From: an uncultured cyanobacterium
Lineage (GTDB): Bacteria > Cyanobacteriota > Cyanobacteriia > PCC-6307 > Cyanobiaceae
NCBI GenBank assembly: GCA_963697335.1
Contig: CAVONQ010000002.1
Span: 249,704-313,703, forward strand
Reading direction: 5' to 3'
Length of the DNA stretch: 64,000 nt
The notes beneath the pieces are model-generated. The model was not told where the DNA came from and searched no databases. It was given only the letters and a program-made list of their open reading frames with translations. Numbering within the stretch: position 1 is the first letter of the stretch; each line of letters opens with the position of its first letter. A program made the translations under genes and the position numbers. Positions 29,307-38,871 of this stretch are shown piece by piece.

Positions 29307-30638
29307 TCAGCTGCCCGAGAGGCTGGCATCCAGCCGGATCAGGCTCTGCAGCAGCACATTCACGCCCTGTTCGCACTGCTCCGGCGTGGTGAACTCCGCG
29401 GCGGAGTGGGACACGCCATCGCGGCTGGGCACGAAGATCATGCCCATGGCGGTGAGCCTGCCCAGCTCCTGGGAGTCGTGGCTGGCGCGGCTGGGCAGGT
29501 GGGTGTGGCTCAGCCCCAGCTGCTGGCAGCTCTCGGTGATCAACTCCTGCACCATCGGATCGGCGGGGCTGGGATCCACCACGAACTGGGGTGTCATCGC
29601 GATGCGGGTGCGGCTGGCCACAGCGATGTTCTCGATCTTCCGCTCCAGGTGGGCGCGCATGTGGTCGATCACGCTGTGGGAGAGGTCGCGCATGTCGAGG
29701 GTGAACTCCACCCGTCCCGGCACGATGTTGGCGGCATTGGGCCATACCTGCAGCTTGCCCACCGTGGCCACCGGATCGCCGGGGAAGTGGAGGGCCATGT
29801 CCTCCACTGCCAGGATGATCTGGGCCGCGGTGGTGAGGGCATCGCGCCGCATGCCCATCGGCGTGGTGCCGGCGTGATTGGCCTGGCCGGTCACGCTGAT
29901 CGTGTAGCGCTGCTGGCCCACAACGCCCTCCACCACGCCGATGTCCTTGCCCACGGCCTCCAGCACGCCCCCCTGCTCCACATGCAGCTCCACGAAGGCG
30001 GCGATCTCCCCGGGCGCCCGGCGGGCGCTGGCGCGGTGCTCCCAGGAGCCGCCGATGCTGGCCAGGCCCTCCTGAATGGGCACCCCCAGGGCCGTGGTGT
30101 AGCTGCTGGGGTCGTCGGAAGCGCGGCCCACCAGGCTCTTGCAGCCCACCATGGTGCTCTCCTCATCGGCGAACACGATCAGCTCGAGCGGGTGCTGCAG
30201 GCGCTGGTTGTGCTCCGAGAGCACCCGCACCACCTCCAGCCCGGCCAGCACGCCCAGGGCGCCGTCGTAGTGGCCCCCCTCCGGCACCGTATCGATGTGG
30301 GAGCCGGTGGCCAGCACGGGGGCTCCCGGCTCGAGGCCCTCGTAGCGGCCGATCATGTTGCCGGCGGCGTCGATGCGCACCGCCATGCCCGCCTGCTCCA
30401 TCCAGCCCTGCACCAGGGCGCGGGCGGCGCGGTCTTCATCGCTGAAGGCCAGCCGCCGCACGGCCCCGGAGGGCACCCGGCCGATGCTGGCCAGGGCTTC
30501 GAGGTTGAGGGCCAGGCGTTCACCGTCGGCCCGCAGCGCCAGCAACGAGCTGACCGCGGCCAGGGAGGCGGTGTCGCTGCCGAGATGGCCGTTGCTGAGG
30601 GGGCCTGGGCCCAGGGGAGCGGCGCTAAGCTGAGTCAT
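29307..30638 (-). CDS. M20 Zn amidohydrolase (N-carbamoyl-L-amino acid/allantoate hydrolase family)
   Basis: GSHIDTV, YDGALG, DEE, ELHVEQG, NHAGTTPM, SHD, GVSH. Confidence 0.9.
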   Translation of the reverse strand: MTQLSAAPLGPGPLSNGHLGSDTASLAAVSSLLALRADGERLALNLEALASIGRVPSGAVRRLAFSDEDRAARALVQGWMEQAGMAVRIDAAGNMIGRYEGLEPGAPVLATGSHIDTVPEGGHYDGALGVLAGLEVVRVLSEHNQRLQHPLELIVFADEESTMVGCKSLVGRASDDPSSYTTALGVPIQEGLASIGGSWEHRASARRAPGEIAAFVELHVEQGGVLEAVGKDIGVVEGVVGQQRYTISVTGQANHAGTTPMGMRRDALTTAAQIILAVEDMALHFPGDPVATVGKLQVWPNAANIVPGRVEFTLDMRDLSHSVIDHMRAHLERKIENIAVASRTRIAMTPQFVVDPSPADPMVQELITESCQQLGLSHTHLPSRASHDSQELGRLTAMGMIFVPSRDGVSHSAAEFTTPEQCEQGVNVLLQSLIRLDASLSGS

Positions 30639-30844
30639 GGAAAGGACCGTATCGGCTGAGGAGAATCGGCTGATCAGGGTGCGGGCGATTCCCCTTGATC
30701 CATCCGGCCGGAGGCGGGTCTGATCAAAGGTGCCCTTAGGCACAAACTCACGGACCAGGATCGTCAATCATCTCCAGAACCTAATTCTCCGCATCACGCG
30801 TGGTGGACCCCATGGGCCCATCACGTCCAACCCACCCACCTGCG

Positions 30845-31591
30845 ATGACCTACTCGATCGTTGCCTGGGACAGCCCCACCGGGATGACCGGTGTGGGCGT
30901 AGCCACCCGCCACCTGGCCGTGGGATCCCTCGTACCCCACGCCAGACCTGGTGTGGGGGCCGTGGCCACCCAGGCCGGCACCAACCCCTATTTCGGTCCG
31001 TGGGGCCTGGATCGGTTGGAGCAGGTTCAGCAGCAGAGCGGCGGGGAGCTGGGGGCTGAGGCGGTGCTGGAGTCGTTGCTGCAGGACGATCCGGGGCGGG
31101 ATGGCCGCCAGGTGCACCTGGTGGACAGCCAGGGCCGCACCGCCGCCTGGACAGGCCCCGACTGCGCCGGCCTCGCGGCCCATCGCTGCTATCCCGGCTT
31201 TTCGGTCGCGGGCAATTACCTCGCCTCCGAGCTGGTGCTGCTGGCCATGGCCGAGGCCTACATGGCCGCCGAGCGCCATGGTCTGGCCCTGGAGGAACGC
31301 CTGATGGCGGCTCTGGAGGCGGCTGAAGCCCACGGCGGCGACTATCGAGGCCGTCAGTCGGCCGCCCTGCTGGTGATGCACCAGGAGAGCTATCCCCACA
31401 TCGACTTCCGGGTGGACCATCACCCTGAGCCGCTGGTGGCGCTGCGCGAGATCCTGGCCGAAACCAGCCAGCCCTACTACACCGGTTTCCGCGCCACCCT
31501 GCCCACCACCCTCGGGGTGGCCCAGACCGCAGAGCTTCCAGCGGCAGGGGTGGAGTCGCCTCAGCCGCCCGACATGCCGATCAGCGCGTAG
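30845..31591 (+). CDS. DUF1028 (Ntn-hydrolase fold) protein
   Basis: MTYSIVAWD, GVGAVATQ, GGDYRGRQSAA, RVDHH. Confidence 0.88.
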   Translation: MTYSIVAWDSPTGMTGVGVATRHLAVGSLVPHARPGVGAVATQAGTNPYFGPWGLDRLEQVQQQSGGELGAEAVLESLLQDDPGRDGRQVHLVDSQGRTAAWTGPDCAGLAAHRCYPGFSVAGNYLASELVLLAMAEAYMAAERHGLALEERLMAALEAAEAHGGDYRGRQSAALLVMHQESYPHIDFRVDHHPEPLVALREILAETSQPYYTGFRATLPTTLGVAQTAELPAAGVESPQPPDMPISA

Positions 31592-33627
31592 GCCGGCTCT
31601 GCCTGATCGGCAGCCCCGGGCCTCCAGCCCAGCCGGTCGGCCAGTTCCCTGGCCTGGGCGGGCACATCGGCGGCCACGAACAGCTCGTGCATGATCTGCA
31701 CGCCGATCAGGTGATTGATCACGGCGTCGAGCTGCACCCGCGTTGCCGGGCTGGTGGCGGGATCGTCGTGGCGGGCGAACAGCGCCGCCACCCCCGCCCG
31801 ATCCAGCAGCCCGGCCCGCTCGATGGCCTCGGCGCTGAGGTGGCGGTCGGCCAGCACCTGCATGGCGGCGCGCTTCTCGGGGTCGGCGTGGGCCGGTGGG
31901 GCCATGAAGGCAAACTTCTCGCGGCGGTAGAGCTGCTCGGGCAGCAGGCCGCGCATGGCCTCGCGCAGCACGTATTTCTCCGTTTTGCCCTTGATGCGCA
32001 GCTCCGGCGGCACCTGCACGGCAACGGCGGCCAGATGGTGGTCGAGGAAGGCGGGGCGCGCCTCCATGGCGTGGGCCATGTCCACCCGGTCGCCGCCCCA
32101 GGTGAGGATCTGGCCCTCCAGCATCGTTTTGATCCACACATACTGGGCCCTGTCGAGGGCATGGCGGCCCTCGAGTTGGGAGGGATCGAGGCTGGCGGCG
32201 ATGGCGGCGCCGGGCTCATAGCCGGCGCAGGCCTGGCGGTGCAGCGGAGCCAGCAGGGCCGGCACCAGGGGAGCGCAGGCCAGCCAGGGCTGGAGGCAGC
32301 TGGGCGTGAAGCCCACCACGGCCTCCAGGGCCGGATCGTGCACCTGCTCCTCGGCCAGCATCGCCCCCTGCACCAGCTGGTTGGCCTCCTGCAGCAGCTG
32401 CTCCCACTCCTGGCGATCGGCCTCCGGCAGGTCCTGCAGCCCGTGCAGGAACATGTCGCGACGGAAGGCGGGATACCCCCCGAACAGCTCATCGGAGCCC
32501 TCGCCGGTCATCACCACCTTGTAGTGGGAGCGGTTGACCTCGCGGCTCATCAGGAATTTGGCCACCGCCAGGGTGTTGTAGATCGTGCGCTCGGTGTGCC
32601 AGATCGTGGCCTCCAGGTGGCCGTAGAGCTCATGGCCGGAGAGCCGCATCACCAGTTGGTCGGCGCCGGTGGCCTCGGCCATCGAGGTGGCGATCGGGGT
32701 TTCGTCGTAGCGGCTGTCGTCGAAGCCGATCGTGAACGCCTTCACCGGGTTCTGGCTCACCGCGGCGGCCAGGCCCAGGATCGAGCAGGAGTCGATGCCG
32801 CCGGAGAGGTAACAGCCCACGGGCACATCGGCCACCATGCGCACTTCCACGGCTTCCAGCAGGGCCTGGCGCACGGCGGCGATGTGGTCGGCCTCCGTGC
32901 GGTCGGGATCGCGCTCGCCGCTGCGGGGGAAGTCCACGTCCCAGTAGGGCTGGTCGTCGATGCTGAAGCGCCCGTCGTGGCGGCGCACGGTGAGCACGTG
33001 GCCGGGTTTGAGCTGGTGCACCCCCTCAAAGGCCGTGGTGCCCGGCACCATGGTCTGCATCAGCTGGTGGAACAGGCCTTCGGAGCTGAAGCGCCGTTGC
33101 ACGCCGGGGTGGGCGAACAGCACCTTGAGCTCGGAGCCGAACACCAGGCCCTCCTCGGTGAGGGTCCAGTACTGGGGCTTGACGCCGAAGCGGTCGCGCA
33201 CCAGGTAGAGGCTGTCGAGGCGGCTGTCGAACAGGGCGAAGGCGAACTCCCCGCGCAGCAGCGGCAAGCTGGCTTCCAGGCCCCGCTGCTGGTAGAGCCG
33301 CAGCAGGATCTCGGAATCGCTCTTGCTGCTGAAGTGATGGCCCTGGGCCGTGAGCGAGGCGCGGATCGCCTGGAAGTCGTAGAACTCACCGTTGTGGGCC
33401 ATCAACAGCTGGCCGTCCTCAGACACAAACGGCTGGCGGCCGCGGTTGGCATCGAGGTCGATGATCGAGAGGCGGGCATGGCAGAAGCCCACGCCCTGAT
33501 CCGGCAGGCCCCTCACGCCGAAGCCATCGGGGCCCCGGTGAACCTGGATCGCCGCCATGTTGACGAGCACCTGCTCGTCGATCGGCTGCTGGGGCTGGAG
33601 CTGAAATACTCCCCCGATGCCACACAT
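31561..33627 (-). CDS. asnB: Asparagine synthase-like glutamine amidotransferase
   Basis: N-terminal MCGI, HRGPD, LSGGIDS, TGEGSDELFGGY. Confidence 0.9.
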   Translation of the reverse strand: MCGIGGVFQLQPQQPIDEQVLVNMAAIQVHRGPDGFGVRGLPDQGVGFCHARLSIIDLDANRGRQPFVSEDGQLLMAHNGEFYDFQAIRASLTAQGHHFSSKSDSEILLRLYQQRGLEASLPLLRGEFAFALFDSRLDSLYLVRDRFGVKPQYWTLTEEGLVFGSELKVLFAHPGVQRRFSSEGLFHQLMQTMVPGTTAFEGVHQLKPGHVLTVRRHDGRFSIDDQPYWDVDFPRSGERDPDRTEADHIAAVRQALLEAVEVRMVADVPVGCYLSGGIDSCSILGLAAAVSQNPVKAFTIGFDDSRYDETPIATSMAEATGADQLVMRLSGHELYGHLEATIWHTERTIYNTLAVAKFLMSREVNRSHYKVVMTGEGSDELFGGYPAFRRDMFLHGLQDLPEADRQEWEQLLQEANQLVQGAMLAEEQVHDPALEAVVGFTPSCLQPWLACAPLVPALLAPLHRQACAGYEPGAAIAASLDPSQLEGRHALDRAQYVWIKTMLEGQILTWGGDRVDMAHAMEARPAFLDHHLAAVAVQVPPELRIKGKTEKYVLREAMRGLLPEQLYRREKFAFMAPPAHADPEKRAAMQVLADRHLSAEAIERAGLLDRAGVAALFARHDDPATSPATRVQLDAVINHLIGVQIMHELFVAADVPAQARELADRLGWRPGAADQAEPAYALIGMSGG

Positions 33628-33673
33628 AGATCGTCTCCTGGATGAAAGCTTGTACGGCTGAACGTGGCGGACT

Positions 33674-34759
33674 TCAGATGATGTCCATCACCTGGTCTGT
33701 GCGCTCCACCATGCAGGTGAGCAGGGCCATGCGGATGAACACGGCGCCGCGGGCCTGGGAGAAGTACCAGTTGTGGGGGCTGCCATCGAGGCAGGTGCCC
33801 AGCTCGGCCCCGCGGGCCAGGGGGTGGAGGATGATCGCTTCAGGCCGGTAGGGCAGATCGGCGGTGAGGTGGAAGCTGCGGCCATGCACCTCGTAGTTGT
33901 CCCCCACCCAGGCGATCGCGTTGATGTAGATCACATCGAGATCGGGCACGGCGGCGCTGAGGTCATCGCTGGTGAGCACCTTGATGCCGGCCTGCTCCAG
34001 CTCCTCCCGCTGGCCTGGATCAAAGTAGCTCTCGGCTTCCCCAGGGTCGATGCCAGGCTCGTGGAACAGCACCAGTTCATCGATCATCTGCGGGAATTTG
34101 GTGAGGATGCGCAGCAGGGAACGCACCGTGCGCATGCGCTTCGGGATGCCCACGATGCCGATGCGGATGCGTTGATCGGTGGGCACATCCTGCTCCACCA
34201 GCTGGGGCCGCCACTTGAAGATGGTGTAGAGGTCGGCCATGGCCTGGGTGGGATGTTCATCGATGCCATTGCCGGCATTGATGATCGGAATCCGCAGAGA
34301 TTCCGTCATCTCGTAGATGGCCTGGGCATTGGTATCCCGCAACACCACGCAGTCGCCGTAGTTGTTGAACATCTCGGCCACATCCCGGAGCGTTTCCCCC
34401 TTGGCGATACCAGTGGTGCTGCGATCCGTGATCGTGATCGTGTCGCCGCCGAGCCGGTGCCAGGCGCTGTCGAAGGAGAGTCGGGTGCGGGTGCTGGGCT
34501 CGTAGAAGGCGTTGATCAGGATCTTGCGCTGCAGCGGGCTGTTGAAGCGGATGTAGCGCTGGGGATTGCTCTCGAACTTCGCCGCCAGCCGAAACACCTG
34601 CAGCAGGGAAGTGGCGCTGTATTGCAGCGTGGAGATCACATGCTGATTCATCAGATCACTCAGGGCCCCGCCGTGCTCGCGGATCTGCTCGAGCAGGGCC
34701 TGTGGGTGAGCGTTCCCATAGACATCAGGGCCGAGCCGATTGAAGTGGGGAGAGTGCAT
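33674..34759 (-). CDS. Aspartate carbamoyltransferase-like carbamoyltransferase (non-canonical)
   Basis: FYEPSTRTRLSF, KGET, NAG..EHPTQ, RTVRSL, HPLAR; lacks RxQxER. Confidence 0.85.
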   Translation of the reverse strand: MHSPHFNRLGPDVYGNAHPQALLEQIREHGGALSDLMNQHVISTLQYSATSLLQVFRLAAKFESNPQRYIRFNSPLQRKILINAFYEPSTRTRLSFDSAWHRLGGDTITITDRSTTGIAKGETLRDVAEMFNNYGDCVVLRDTNAQAIYEMTESLRIPIINAGNGIDEHPTQAMADLYTIFKWRPQLVEQDVPTDQRIRIGIVGIPKRMRTVRSLLRILTKFPQMIDELVLFHEPGIDPGEAESYFDPGQREELEQAGIKVLTSDDLSAAVPDLDVIYINAIAWVGDNYEVHGRSFHLTADLPYRPEAIILHPLARGAELGTCLDGSPHNWYFSQARGAVFIRMALLTCMVERTDQVMDII

Positions 34760-34885
34760 CGTCAAAGGTGATCCCGGGGGCTGGGGATGTTGTGGTCGAA
34801 CGGGGTGGAAGGCTCCATCTTCCGCCTCAACCGGGTTGTTGTCTGGAATCTCTTGTGTTTTCTGCAACATCGGAACCGCAAAAAA

Positions 34886-34899
34886 GTAGCGGTATTGAC
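34886..34899. promoter_or_regulatory. Possible NtcA site upstream of the carbamoyltransferase gene
   Basis: GTA-N8-GAC (one mismatch to GTA-N8-TAC) with an A-rich flank; no clear -10 at the usual spacing. Confidence 0.3.
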
Positions 34900-34925
34900 C
34901 GTTTTGTGATCAGTCGGCCCTGGCG

Positions 34926-35117
34926 CTACCAGACCCGGCCGTTGCGCCACTCCACGAACCAGATGCCCAGGATCACCAACACGGCCAGCACGAGGCCGGC
35001 GATGCTGCCGTACACCACCAGGCCGAACCACCAGCCGGAGATCAGCCAGGAGCCGGCGGGGGCGCTGGTGCTCAGCAGCAGGGAAGGGAACAGGGCCATG
35101 GCTTGGGGGATGGGCAC
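34926..35117 (-). CDS. Small membrane protein downstream of the SSS transporter
   Basis: Hydrophobic segment ending IWFVEWRNGRVW; 3 bp after the SSS stop. Confidence 0.6.
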   Translation of the reverse strand: MPIPQAMALFPSLLLSTSAPAGSWLISGWWFGLVVYGSIAGLVLAVLVILGIWFVEWRNGRVW

Positions 35118-35120
35118 GAC

Positions 35121-36554
35121 TCAGGGGCTCTCGGGATCGCCGGCCAGCTGGCGCCAGTCGTACTGCTCGGGCCAGTAGTGGCTGCCCAGGCCCATCACCA
35201 GGGCCGAGACGGCGGCGGAGACCAGGGCGGCGCAGTAGGGGGCGATCAGCCCGTAGGCCAGCAGGCCGCTGACCGAGCCCAGCAGCATGGCGGCGGTGGC
35301 CGCCTGGCGGTTGGCCTGGCGCCAGTAGAGCCCCATGGCAATCGGCCAGATCGTGGAGGCCACCAGGGCGCCGGTGAACAACAGCAGCTGGTACATCGAC
35401 GTCACGTATTGCCAGGAGAGCAGCATGGTCAGCAGGCCCAGGGCCACCACCACCCGGCGGGCGGCCTGGCGGATCTGCTGGTCGGTGGAGTCGGGGCGTA
35501 ACCAGTGGGCGATCACGTCCTCGGCGATCAGATCGGCCGTGGCGGCGAGCAGGGAGTCGAGGGTGGAGGTGAGCGAGGCGAAGATGATCACGAACACCAC
35601 CGCGGCGCCGCTGCTGCCCAGCAGCTGGGCGGTGACGATGGGGAACACCATGTTCACCTGGGGAATCTCGAGGTTCTGGGCCAGGGCCATCAGGGCGATG
35701 GCGCCCGTCACGATCGGCACGGTGACCCAGGCCAGGCCGCCGAGCACGAAGGAGCGGAACACCACCGAGGGGCGGCTGGCGAACACCCGCGACCACCAGA
35801 TGTTGTTGTGGAACACCTCGCCCATGCTGAACAGCCCGGTGTTCCAGGCGAAGAGCAGACCTGCCGGCAGCAGCAGATTCAGTCGCTCGGGATGCTCGCT
35901 GGCCAGGGCCGTGTACACCTGATCGGTGCCGAAGCGGCTGAAGCCGAGCACGGCCACCAGCACCAGCAACGCCATGATCAGCAGCGACTGGATGAAGTCG
36001 GTGCCCACCACCGCTCGCATGCCGCCGAACAGGGTGTAGGTGGTGGACACGCCGATCACACACACCATGCCAAGGCGGTAGTCGAAGCCCGAGAGCGACT
36101 GCAGCAGCAGGCCGGCCCCCATGCCCTGGGTGATCAGAAAGCCCAGGGTGTAGGCCATGGTGATCAGCAGGAACAGGGCCCAGCAGAGCCGCCCGTAGCG
36201 CAGCCGCACGAAGTCGCCGCTGGTGCGGGCCCGGGGCATCAGCCGCTTGATCCGCACCGCCAGGGGAGCGAACAGGAACAGCCCCAGGCCGGCGAGGGCG
36301 TAGCCGAACATGCCCCAGAGGCCGAGGGTGTAACCCACCTCCGGCGCCGCCAGGGTGGTGTTGCCGGTGACCCAGCTGGCCATCAGGGTGGCCGTGCTCA
36401 GGGCCAGGCCGATGTTGCGGCCGGCGAGCAGGTAGTCGTCGGCGTCGCCGCTGCCGCGCCGGCCCCACCAGATGCCCAGGGCGATCCAGAGCACGGAGAA
36501 GCCCACCAGGAGCAGCCAGGCGGCGCCCGGCGCCAGCATCGCGTCAGTCGTCAT
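35121..36554 (-). CDS. Sodium:solute symporter (DUR3-like)
   Basis: YLLAGR, ASWVT, YTLFGGMRAVVGTDFIQ, STLDSLL; many TM helices. Confidence 0.9.
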   Translation of the reverse strand: MTTDAMLAPGAAWLLLVGFSVLWIALGIWWGRRGSGDADDYLLAGRNIGLALSTATLMASWVTGNTTLAAPEVGYTLGLWGMFGYALAGLGLFLFAPLAVRIKRLMPRARTSGDFVRLRYGRLCWALFLLITMAYTLGFLITQGMGAGLLLQSLSGFDYRLGMVCVIGVSTTYTLFGGMRAVVGTDFIQSLLIMALLVLVAVLGFSRFGTDQVYTALASEHPERLNLLLPAGLLFAWNTGLFSMGEVFHNNIWWSRVFASRPSVVFRSFVLGGLAWVTVPIVTGAIALMALAQNLEIPQVNMVFPIVTAQLLGSSGAAVVFVIIFASLTSTLDSLLAATADLIAEDVIAHWLRPDSTDQQIRQAARRVVVALGLLTMLLSWQYVTSMYQLLLFTGALVASTIWPIAMGLYWRQANRQAATAAMLLGSVSGLLAYGLIAPYCAALVSAAVSALVMGLGSHYWPEQYDWRQLAGDPESP

Positions 36555-36566
36555 CGGGGCAGGGCA

Positions 36567-36695
36567 TCAACCGGGGTCATCGAAGGGATCGCGCTGGTGC
36601 CAGCGCCGGTGGCCGCGCAGCACCATCACCACGGTGGTCAGGGTCACCAGGCCGCCGAGCACGAAGATCAGCAGGGCCCGTTGCAGCTCGGTCAT
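36567..36695 (-). CDS. Small single-TM protein upstream of the SSS transporter (42 aa)
   Basis: MTELQRALLIFVLGGLVTLTTVVMVLRGH; GGAGG upstream. Confidence 0.55.
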   Translation of the reverse strand: MTELQRALLIFVLGGLVTLTTVVMVLRGHRRWHQRDPFDDPG

Positions 36696-36729
36696 GGCAC
36701 CAGCCTCCAACGCAGCACAGCCTGAACAC

Positions 36730-36752
36730 AAAAAAGCCCCGGAAACCGGGGC
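36730..36752 (-). terminator. Terminator downstream of tRNA-fMet
   Basis: GCCCCGG-TTT-CCGGGGC-T6. Confidence 0.85.
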
Positions 36753-36771
36753 CTGTTGAAGAGCAAACAAG

Positions 36772-36848
<77 letters not shown>

Positions 36849-36894
36849 GCACCAGAGGAGTGTACCAGCCGGTGTCCTGCGCTACAGGTGGATC

Positions 36895-37866
36895 TCAGTC
36901 GAAGCGCAGCTCGCCGCGCACGTCCAGCTTCAGGTGCGGTGCCGGCTCCAGGAACGAGCGGCGCAGCTCCTCGAGGGTCATCGGCGTCAGCCAGTCGAGC
37001 TGCTCCAGCAGGTGCAGGGCCACGGCGTGCTTGGCCCGCCCGGCGCCGTCCTCCACCTTGATCGCCACCCCCAGCCCCTCGCCCACCCGGCTGAGGCACT
37101 GAATCCCCTCGGCACCTCCCTTGCTGAGCACCTGGCCATGGCCCAGGCGCATCAGCTCGGTGTCGAAGCGGCCCTCGCCGGCCACCAGCTCCGGATGGCT
37201 GAGCATCGCCCGGCTGAGCCGCTCCAGGTCGGGTTGGGCGCCAGCTCCGAGGTGGGCGTAGAGCAGGGCCATCTGGGCCAGCTGCAGCTGCAGGGTGGGT
37301 GCGCCGCAGTCGTCGCGGGCCGTGACCAGTTCAGCGGCGGGCAGGCCGAGCAGTTCGGCCACCCGCTTGAGCACCTCCTGCTGCAGGGGATGCTCCGGCT
37401 GCAGGTAGCTCTCCAGGGCCCAGCCCATGCGCCGGCAGGTGGCCAGGAAGGCGGCGTGCTTGCCGGAGCAGTTGTGCTCCAGGGGGCTGCTGCCGTGCTC
37501 GGGCACGGGGCTCTGCAGCTGCTCGGCCTCCACCTCGGCGCCCCACAGCAGCCGGAAGGCCTCGCGGGCATGGCCGGAGGTGCCGGCATGGGAGGCGCAG
37601 GCAATGGCCAGGCCCCGGTCGCCGCAGTTGATCTGGTCGGCGGTGCCGCTGGCCACGAACACGGAGGCCTGAAAGGGCTTGAGGGCCGAGCGCACGAAGC
37701 TCAGCTGCTGGGGATCGCCGGCCCGCATCAGCACGCGGCCGCGGCCATCGCACACCACCGCATGCACCCGATGGCGGGATTCGGTGATGCCGTTGCGCAG
37801 CAGTCGCACCTCCAGGGGAGGAATGGAGGTGCGGGCCGATCCGCCGAAGCTGGGGGGCAGGGACAT
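36895..37866 (-). CDS. ansA: L-asparaginase II family
   Basis: RSALKPFQ, CASH, HNCSGKH, KGGAEG. Confidence 0.88.
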   Translation of the reverse strand: MSLPPSFGGSARTSIPPLEVRLLRNGITESRHRVHAVVCDGRGRVLMRAGDPQQLSFVRSALKPFQASVFVASGTADQINCGDRGLAIACASHAGTSGHAREAFRLLWGAEVEAEQLQSPVPEHGSSPLEHNCSGKHAAFLATCRRMGWALESYLQPEHPLQQEVLKRVAELLGLPAAELVTARDDCGAPTLQLQLAQMALLYAHLGAGAQPDLERLSRAMLSHPELVAGEGRFDTELMRLGHGQVLSKGGAEGIQCLSRVGEGLGVAIKVEDGAGRAKHAVALHLLEQLDWLTPMTLEELRRSFLEPAPHLKLDVRGELRFD

Positions 37867-37894
37867 ACAGGGGAGTCGGTCGATCTGGCCGTGC

Positions 37895-38389
37895 TCAGAG
37901 AGCCTGACAGAGGCTCGCCCCCAGCAACATCAAGGTGACGGCCAGGCCGATGGCCTGCTGGAGCCGGGCCAGGATCGGCCTCACCTGGTGCTGGGCCACC
38001 AGTAGATCCTGCTGGCGCCAGGCCAGCGGCTTTTCCCACACCTGGCCGTCGTACCAGCCGGACTCCTCGTAGTCGACCCGCTCGCTGATCAGGCGCCGGT
38101 GGATGGTGCTCCAGCCCAGCCACTGGCGCACCAGCAGCAGGGTGGGCAGGGCGATGGCGGCGGCCACCCCTGCCGCCACCATGCGGGCCGGATCGTGGCG
38201 CAATACCCAGCTGCCGCTGGCCACGATCACGCTGAGGGGCGCCACCAGCAGCCAGCTGATCAGCAGCGGACGCATCAGGCCATCGAGACTCTCGGCAGGC
38301 CAGGCGAAGAACCAGGAGCTGCGCAGTTCTTCGTATTGCTTGAGCGGGCGTTGCTCCGGCGGTACCGGGCAGGGCCCGAGCAGCTCCAT
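37895..38389 (-). CDS. CGLD27 (DUF1230) family protein
   Basis: CPVPPEQRP, YEESGWYDGQVWEKP. Confidence 0.9.
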   Translation of the reverse strand: MELLGPCPVPPEQRPLKQYEELRSSWFFAWPAESLDGLMRPLLISWLLVAPLSVIVASGSWVLRHDPARMVAAGVAAAIALPTLLLVRQWLGWSTIHRRLISERVDYEESGWYDGQVWEKPLAWRQQDLLVAQHQVRPILARLQQAIGLAVTLMLLGASLCQAL

Positions 38390-38397
38390 GGTCACGC

Positions 38398-38871
38398 TCA
38401 GGCGTTGAGATCTGGCCCTGAGCCTACGTAGGGCACCTGTTCGCCGTGGCCCCAGAACGACTCCAGGTCGTAGTAGCTGCGCTCCGCCGGGGTGAGCACG
38501 TGCACGATCACCTCGCCGTAGTCGAGCAGCACCCAGCGACCCTCCGCCTGGCCCTCGCGGCGCAGGGGCAGGCGGCCATGCACCTCCTCGAGCTTGTCTT
38601 CCACCGAGCGGGCGATGGCGCGCACCTGCACCTCTGAGAGGCCACTGCAGATCACGAACCAGTCGGCCAGAGAGGACACTTCATCCACCCGGATCAGGCG
38701 GATGTCCACGGCTTTGCGGTCGTCGCAGGCGTCGGCCACCAGCTGGGCGAGGGCTTCGGTCTGGGGATCGCGGGGCGACGACAGGGCCGGAGCTGCTGGG
38801 TGGGCCGTGGGCAGCGGGGCTGCCGTGGCCATGGCTGCGGGCGTATGGGCGGGGGTGATCGGCTCAGCCAT
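38398..38871 (-). CDS. rsfS: Ribosome silencing factor
   Basis: DRKAVDI, WVLLDYGEVIVH, YYDLESFW. Confidence 0.92.
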   Translation of the reverse strand: MAEPITPAHTPAAMATAAPLPTAHPAAPALSSPRDPQTEALAQLVADACDDRKAVDIRLIRVDEVSSLADWFVICSGLSEVQVRAIARSVEDKLEEVHGRLPLRREGQAEGRWVLLDYGEVIVHVLTPAERSYYDLESFWGHGEQVPYVGSGPDLNA

